The notes under the pieces were generated by a model. It was not told the origin of the DNA, searched no databases, and was given only the letters and a program-made list of their open reading frames with translations. A stretch of DNA of 64,000 nucleotides from IMG/VR virus record IMGVR_UViG_3300042863_000355; one strand, given 5' to 3'. Of the stretch, positions 59,078-64,000 are shown piece after piece; position 1 is the stretch's first letter, and each line of letters begins with the position of its first letter. Made by a program: the position numbers and the translations under genes. This stretch comes from an uncultured virus (IMG/VR IMGVR_UViG_3300042863_000355) (lineage: Duplodnaviria > Heunggongvirae > Uroviricota > Caudoviricetes).

Positions 59078-60643
59078 ATGAATAATATGTTTAAAAATGG
59101 CGACGGTCAATCAATTACCCAACGTATCAATCAAACTGATGTTAAGACAACGTTATCTTGGCTTGAGCAGATGGTGGATCTTGATTTAATAAACAATTTG
59201 TCTAATGCTGATGAGCATAGTTTAGGAAAATTAGAGTTAACAATAGACTCTAATAAGATATCCCCTGATCAACTAATGGCTGAAATAACACAATGGTGTA
59301 ATAGCCATGAACTGAAAGCAAGAGAATATGTAAAAAACTCAGGTTCGAGAATTTATTTTAGAACTCCTATTAACGGCAATCCTGCTAATGGGTACGTACA
59401 AACTGATTTTAGTTTCGTGACACCTAATGAAACTCACAATGAATCAGATATAAACTTTTTATCTAGATTACGTGATCGCATAGTTAACCAAGGTATGCTA
59501 AAATTAATTGAATCAGATGAAGCCAAAATTAACGGTGGCAGAGCAAAAGGCATTGATCACATTGAAGATTTAGTATTTAGAAAAGGCACTAGCGGCATTA
59601 AAGATGCTTTGACACATATTAAACATTTGATTAATGATACTGCAAGTAGTGCTACCGTAAAATGGGATGGCAAACCAGCCATTGTATTTGGTAGAGATGA
59701 CGACGGTGAATTTGTACTTACTGATATCAGTGGGTTCACTGCAACTGGGTATAATGGATTATTTACAAGTCCTGCTCATATTACTGAGAGGTTGTCTAAT
59801 CGCGACAGTAAGTCAGCGACAATGGGAAAATTAGAGAATCGCGTAGAAGAACTTGGTCCAGTATACGAAATGCTATGGCCTATGTTAGAACAAGCTGTTC
59901 CTAGAAATTTCAAAGGTTTTGTACAAGGCGATTTACTTTATACTGAAACTCCAGATGAAGAATCTGGGGCATTAGTGTTTAAACCTAATACAATTGAATA
60001 TAAGATTCCTGTTTCTTCTGATCTAGGTGAGGCAATTGCCAGTAGTCAAGTGGGTATTGCCATACATACTTACTATAAAGAACATCGTGCATCTAAGCAG
60101 CCTATTGGAAAAATGAAATTTAAATCAGTTCCAGGACTATTGTTAATTGAGCCAGTTAAACCAAAAGAAAATATTAAACCTACTGATTCAAGTTTACTTA
60201 GAGAATTACGTGAGTTATTAAAAGAAGGTGGAGCGTCTATTGATACATTGTTTAACCCAGCAGAACTTAGACAATTACAAATCAGTGACTTACCTCGGCT
60301 ATGCGTAGATTATATTAACAGCATAGTAAAAGATGAACTTGAGTCTAATTTTGATATTGATACATTACTCCCGCAGTTTGGAGAATGGTTAAAAGATCAC
60401 GTAAGACCAAGAAAATATAACAATATAGTAGAATACTTACAAAGTCCACGTTCTAATATGATGGGTATTAGTGCAGCATTTGCGGCGTTTGTATTGATAC
60501 ACGAAATTAAGCTAGATTTACTACAACAGTTAGATCGTCAACACCCTGGGCACGAAGGCTGGGTAATTGCTACTCCTGGCGGACTTACTAAATTTGTTAA
60601 TAGATTCGGGTTTACTAGAAATAACATTCAAAATAACGCATAA
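59078..60643 (+). CDS. Hypothetical protein with ligase/nucleotidyltransferase-like KxDG domain
   Basis: HIEDL...TVKWDGKPAIVFGR...QGDLLY...HEGWV...KFVNR. Confidence 0.5.
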   Translation: MNNMFKNGDGQSITQRINQTDVKTTLSWLEQMVDLDLINNLSNADEHSLGKLELTIDSNKISPDQLMAEITQWCNSHELKAREYVKNSGSRIYFRTPINGNPANGYVQTDFSFVTPNETHNESDINFLSRLRDRIVNQGMLKLIESDEAKINGGRAKGIDHIEDLVFRKGTSGIKDALTHIKHLINDTASSATVKWDGKPAIVFGRDDDGEFVLTDISGFTATGYNGLFTSPAHITERLSNRDSKSATMGKLENRVEELGPVYEMLWPMLEQAVPRNFKGFVQGDLLYTETPDEESGALVFKPNTIEYKIPVSSDLGEAIASSQVGIAIHTYYKEHRASKQPIGKMKFKSVPGLLLIEPVKPKENIKPTDSSLLRELRELLKEGGASIDTLFNPAELRQLQISDLPRLCVDYINSIVKDELESNFDIDTLLPQFGEWLKDHVRPRKYNNIVEYLQSPRSNMMGISAAFAAFVLIHEIKLDLLQQLDRQHPGHEGWVIATPGGLTKFVNRFGFTRNNIQNNA

Positions 60644-60723
60644 ATCTAAACCAAAACCACACTTTTTTATCTTCTAACTAAATACTAGTAGGACCTCAGA
60701 GTCCATCAACTAGGAGATTTAAA

Positions 60724-61164
60724 ATGGCATCAATTCCATTAGTATCAGGTGGTTCACAACCAGTATTCGCAACTGACACGCTTAACGGCCCACAGTTAGC
60801 AGCAAACGCAACATACGCACCAACCGGTGTACCAGTTAACTTCATGGGTCCAAAACTGGACTTCTTCGGAGTAGACTTGGGTGCTGATCCTTCAGCACAA
60901 GCCGGCGTTAACGGAGCAATCCAGACAATTTTACAAACTATTCAGCAAACAGCAACTATCGCAATTTATCAAGTTGCTGCTACTGCTAACGTTACAAACT
61001 TGTCATTAGCTGTATATCCAACAGCAGCTTACACAGCAGCTACATTGCAAGCAGCTATTCGCACATGTGGTTCGAACGTAGCTGGTACAGGATATGACGC
61101 TTCTGGTGCTACAGTAACAGACGTAGGTTTCCGTTTAGCTTCATCAGCTACAACAGCATCCTAA
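60724..61164 (+). CDS. Probable abundant virion decoration/structural protein
   Basis: TAAATA (60679), AGGAG RBS, Ala/Thr-rich, own terminator. Confidence 0.55.
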   Translation: MASIPLVSGGSQPVFATDTLNGPQLAANATYAPTGVPVNFMGPKLDFFGVDLGADPSAQAGVNGAIQTILQTIQQTATIAIYQVAATANVTNLSLAVYPTAAYTAATLQAAIRTCGSNVAGTGYDASGATVTDVGFRLASSATTAS

Positions 61165-61190
61165 TTTTAAAGTTACCTTTAAAAACACTA

Positions 61191-61212
61191 AACCCGCTTT
61201 TGCGGGTTTTTT
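61191..61212 (+). terminator. Intrinsic terminator
   Basis: AAACCCGC-tttt-GCGGGTTTTTT. Confidence 0.8.
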
Positions 61213-61285
61213 GTTGAGTATATTTTTCAAGACTAAGTAATATTGCTCGTGTTTTAAACACACACATTCACACAAGGAGAAAACT

Positions 61286-61537
61286 ATGAGCAAAACACCT
61301 TATGAGATTCGTCTCGAACTTTTAAAGCTGGCAAAAGATTCATTATATGAGCCAGTATTCCAAAAACGACAAAATCTTATGGACGAATTTATGTCCAAAC
61401 GAGAAGTCTTTGTTGGAGTAGAAGGTCCTACTGAAGAACAGTTAGCATTACAGTTTCCGATTATGCCAGCTTTTCCCAGTACAGATATGATTATTGAAGA
61501 AGCTGAAAAACTTAATCAGTTCGTAAGTAAGCCATAA
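61286..61537 (+). CDS. Small hypothetical protein
   Basis: AAGGAG RBS; MSKTPYEIRLELLKLAK...FPS...IIEEAEKLNQFVS. Confidence 0.75.
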   Translation: MSKTPYEIRLELLKLAKDSLYEPVFQKRQNLMDEFMSKREVFVGVEGPTEEQLALQFPIMPAFPSTDMIIEEAEKLNQFVSKP

Positions 61538-61539
61538 TT

Positions 61540-61565
61540 AAAGGCCCCGCAAGGGGCTTTTTGTT
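61540..61565 (+). terminator. Intrinsic terminator
   Basis: AAGGCCCC-GCAA-GGGGCTTTTT. Confidence 0.8.
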
Positions 61566-61600
61566 GACACATATTTTAATTAGTTAAATACACATATATT

Positions 61601-61846
61601 ATGATGGTCAACAAAATAACAGAGTTAACAATTTTTGAAAGTCCAGATGGCGGACGTACTGTGTATGTGCGTAAACCTGGTGAAGAAACGCGGCATTTGC
61701 ACTCTAAAAATGAAATCCACGAAAAAGAAAAAGTTGAATACGAACGTTGGTTAAACATTTTTAATGCTAGACGTAATAACACAGCACTTAATGATGTATG
61801 TTTGCAAGCTGAAATATTGTATGAACTATCTAAGAATCCAGAATGA
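61601..61846 (+). CDS. Hypothetical protein
   Basis: IFESPDGGRTVYVR motif; TAAATA at 61585. Confidence 0.6.
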   Translation: MMVNKITELTIFESPDGGRTVYVRKPGEETRHLHSKNEIHEKEKVEYERWLNIFNARRNNTALNDVCLQAEILYELSKNPE

Positions 61847-62256
61847 GATTCTCTTGCAAAACTTTATTTGACATTACTGCCACAGGTGTTACTGGACATT
61901 ACAAATCTTCTCGTGTTCCGTTTAAAGATTTAGCAGATGCTGAAATAACAAATGAAATAGCTTGGAATAGATCTAGAAATCAACAACGTAACTGGGAAAC
62001 ATTGACACAATTGATAGGGTTACGTACTCAAATTGCTAAACTAGATCGTCCTGAAGAAAATTCGCAAGTATGGAGTTTTGAATTTGAAGTAGATGCTCCT
62101 TATGTGTTTGGTCCTGAGGAAAACCCTACTGAAATGCTACTATCTGATTGTAATGGTGTTCCTATGTTAATAAATCTTGAAAATAAAGTAGATTTAGAAC
62201 CCTTTTTGATAGTAAATGGGATTAATCAAAATATATGGTTTAACTTATTATACTAA
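61843..62256 (+). CDS. Hypothetical protein
   Basis: TLFDIT.TG...RNQQRNWETL.Q.IGLR; ATGA coupling. Confidence 0.6.
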   Translation: MRFSCKTLFDITATGVTGHYKSSRVPFKDLADAEITNEIAWNRSRNQQRNWETLTQLIGLRTQIAKLDRPEENSQVWSFEFEVDAPYVFGPEENPTEMLLSDCNGVPMLINLENKVDLEPFLIVNGINQNIWFNLLY

Positions 62257-62277
62257 ATACACTAACGAGGAAACATT

Positions 62278-62541
62278 ATGGTTGAGCCCACTGATATTGA
62301 GAAAAAAAGTTTAGAAGCGCATGTTGAACTATGTGCTGAGCGTTATAATGCCCTTGAAAATAAAATAGCCACAGTAGATAGTAAAATTACCCATCTGTGC
62401 GCTGAGGTAACTGATGTAAAAGACACTTTGAAAAAAATGTCTGAAAAAAACAATGACCGTTTAATCACATGGGGTATTGGAATTATTGCTACTTTAGTTG
62501 CAATAGTTGGATACTTTATATCACACTACATTATAAAATGA
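62278..62541 (+). CDS. Coiled-coil protein with C-terminal transmembrane helix (holin/XhlA-like architecture)
   Basis: Heptad region then LITWGIGIIATLVAIVGYFI; TAAATA and GAGG RBS. Confidence 0.5.
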   Translation: MVEPTDIEKKSLEAHVELCAERYNALENKIATVDSKITHLCAEVTDVKDTLKKMSEKNNDRLITWGIGIIATLVAIVGYFISHYIIK

Positions 62542-63035
62542 CAACAGAATTTGAAATGGACAAAGCCTTTAGGAAAGAATTCCCAAAGATATTAACTAAT
62601 CTTATTTTTCCAAATAAGGATGGTAGCTTTGAAGTTTTTGGAAGATATGTAATAAAGAAAGAAAACGCGGTATGCCGGGTTTATTGTACTGATACAGATA
62701 TAGGTGTTTTTACCAGTACAAAAACAGCACTAAGCTGGTGTATAGCTACAAAATTTGCTAATTATAATTTAGCAAGAGATATATTAATTTTGGATAATAA
62801 ATTAAGATCTTTAACTAACGACATTAACACAAGAGCTAACGTAGCGGATCGTAGTAAAAATTCGTTATTTCGTGAAACTGTGGAAACAAAGTTAGAAACT
62901 AAAATTATCCATAAGAAACAGGTTGAGCAACAATTAACCAAATGCGTCAATTACGCTAAATACTATCAACAAAAAGGATTTAATAATGAAAATGTTCGAA
63001 CTGGCCGCGATCAAGCCATCAAAACAAGCCGCTAA
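62538..63035 (+). CDS. Hypothetical protein
   Basis: Start revised to MTTEFEM (ATGA overlap). Confidence 0.55.
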   Translation: MTTEFEMDKAFRKEFPKILTNLIFPNKDGSFEVFGRYVIKKENAVCRVYCTDTDIGVFTSTKTALSWCIATKFANYNLARDILILDNKLRSLTNDINTRANVADRSKNSLFRETVETKLETKIIHKKQVEQQLTKCVNYAKYYQQKGFNNENVRTGRDQAIKTSR

Positions 63036-63960
63036 GGTATACGAGAGTTATTTCGGAGACAGCATTAATGTTGACGTAATTTCCCCAAAACAAGCTCGTA
63101 CAATGCTTAATAAAGTACAAAAGCTAGTAACTGAGCATCGTTCCACTCCGGCTTTTCATCATAGCGAAAAAAATCCAACTTATTTAAAGTTGATGATGTT
63201 AGAGCGTGTGTTAAAGGCTAAAGTAAAAGAAACTGCTACTATAGGTGTTGGCGATGCTGCTGGCGCTGATAAAAATACAGCACAAAACGCTGCTCAAAAT
63301 GCAGAAGCTAAGCCTAACGCCAATGTCGTTGCAGGAGATGCTGCTGCTAAACAAAAAATGCAACAGCAAGTTAATACTATTTCTGATCCTAAACTTAAAT
63401 CAGCTATGCAAAAAGCCTCGCAAGGCCAAGCAATGAATACTGATGACCAAAAATTAGTTGCTCAAGCTGCACTACAAACAGAAAGCAAAGCAATGCGTCG
63501 TCAGTTATATCGTGTATTGCGCGAATCAGAAGTTCAGCAAGCCCAAGTTGTATTAGCTGCTAAAGCTATGACCGATGATATTCAAACAATGTTAGAAGAA
63601 GTATCCAGTATGCAATTTAAAGATTTGCCAGCATTAGCCGACGAAATGAAAAATCAAATCGGTGTTGACCAAGCTATGCAATTCAATACTGATGTAACTG
63701 CGGTACTTGCTGGCTTAGTACAGAATCTACAGGCAGCTAAACAACAAATGGATCAAGCATTGGGTGTAGTTACTGGACAACAAGCAGCTCCAATTCCTGG
63801 GCAAGAACCTGAACTAGGTGCTGAACCTGAACTAGGTGCTGAACCTGGTATGGACGCTGAGCCCGATATGGACGCTGAGCCTAGTTTAGATGCTGAACCT
63901 GAGTTAGGTGCTGAAGAACCTGGTATGGATGGCGCCGGCCTTGGTCGCGCTAAACGTTAA
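62986..63960 (+). CDS. Probable prohead core/scaffold-like protein
   Basis: MKMFEL N-terminus, LRESEVQQAQVVLAA helical domain, acidic EPELGA tail; AAGGA RBS. Confidence 0.45.
   Translation: MKMFELAAIKPSKQAAKVYESYFGDSINVDVISPKQARTMLNKVQKLVTEHRSTPAFHHSEKNPTYLKLMMLERVLKAKVKETATIGVGDAAGADKNTAQNAAQNAEAKPNANVVAGDAAAKQKMQQQVNTISDPKLKSAMQKASQGQAMNTDDQKLVAQAALQTESKAMRRQLYRVLRESEVQQAQVVLAAKAMTDDIQTMLEEVSSMQFKDLPALADEMKNQIGVDQAMQFNTDVTAVLAGLVQNLQAAKQQMDQALGVVTGQQAAPIPGQEPELGAEPELGAEPGMDAEPDMDAEPSLDAEPELGAEEPGMDGAGLGRAKR
63805..63930 (+). repeat. Degenerate 18-bp coding tandem repeat (EPELGA/EPGMDA)
   Basis: GAACCTGAACTAGGTGCT twice exactly, then about five variant copies. Confidence 0.85.
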
Positions 63961-64000
63961 TGTTAATTTTTGAAGTAGAAAATCCTGAACCAGTAGATAC
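63960..64000 (+). CDS. Start of the next gene (MLIFEVE..., truncated by window)
   Basis: TAATG overlap with the previous stop. Confidence 0.45.
   Translation, partial: MLIFEVENPEPVD

Noticed and set aside
1..64000. Alternative genetic code or tRNA genes
   Set aside because: Core genes are full length under the standard code with TAA, TAG and TGA all used as stops; no cloverleaf recognised in the short intergenic gaps

Overview
This is a 64-kb, AT-rich, gene-dense segment of a large tailed dsDNA phage with a divergent T4-like (myovirus) gene set; no host-type genes, tRNAs, rRNAs or CRISPR arrays were recognised. (1) 1-19 kb: a tandem array of very long, almost uncharged Gly/Asn/Thr-repeat fibre genes built from shared modules, three ending in a 'YADLAE' chaperone-like domain, followed by a polyglycine adhesin-like gene. 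(2) 19.6-35.5 kb: neck and tail genes (gp15-, gp14-, gp13-like, sheath, tube, gp4-like) mixed with Nudix, exonuclease, dNMP kinase, GNAT and HNH genes. (3) 35.5-45.7 kb: probable internal-head proteins, a non-specific nuclease and the large terminase. (4) 45.8-57.5 kb: gp32 SSB, UvsX/Y/W, gp62-like, primase, helicase and a 196-aa DnaE-like polymerase core. (5) 57.5-64 kb: further probable virion proteins. The most interesting signals are mainly regulatory and RNA-level: promoters (TAAATA late-type and sigma70-type) placed 4-7 nt before ATG, implying leaderless mRNAs, with three micro-uORFs at the same position; a promoter- and terminator-bounded ~70-nt non-coding RNA able to fold as a pseudoknot; a gene-32-type leader pseudoknot; and a late-gene RBS-sequestering hairpin. 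Also notable are the minimal Pol III core and a putative protease-processed polyprotein carrying AT-hook-like and glycine-zipper segments. All protein assignments come from motif recognition by eye; no database searches were run.
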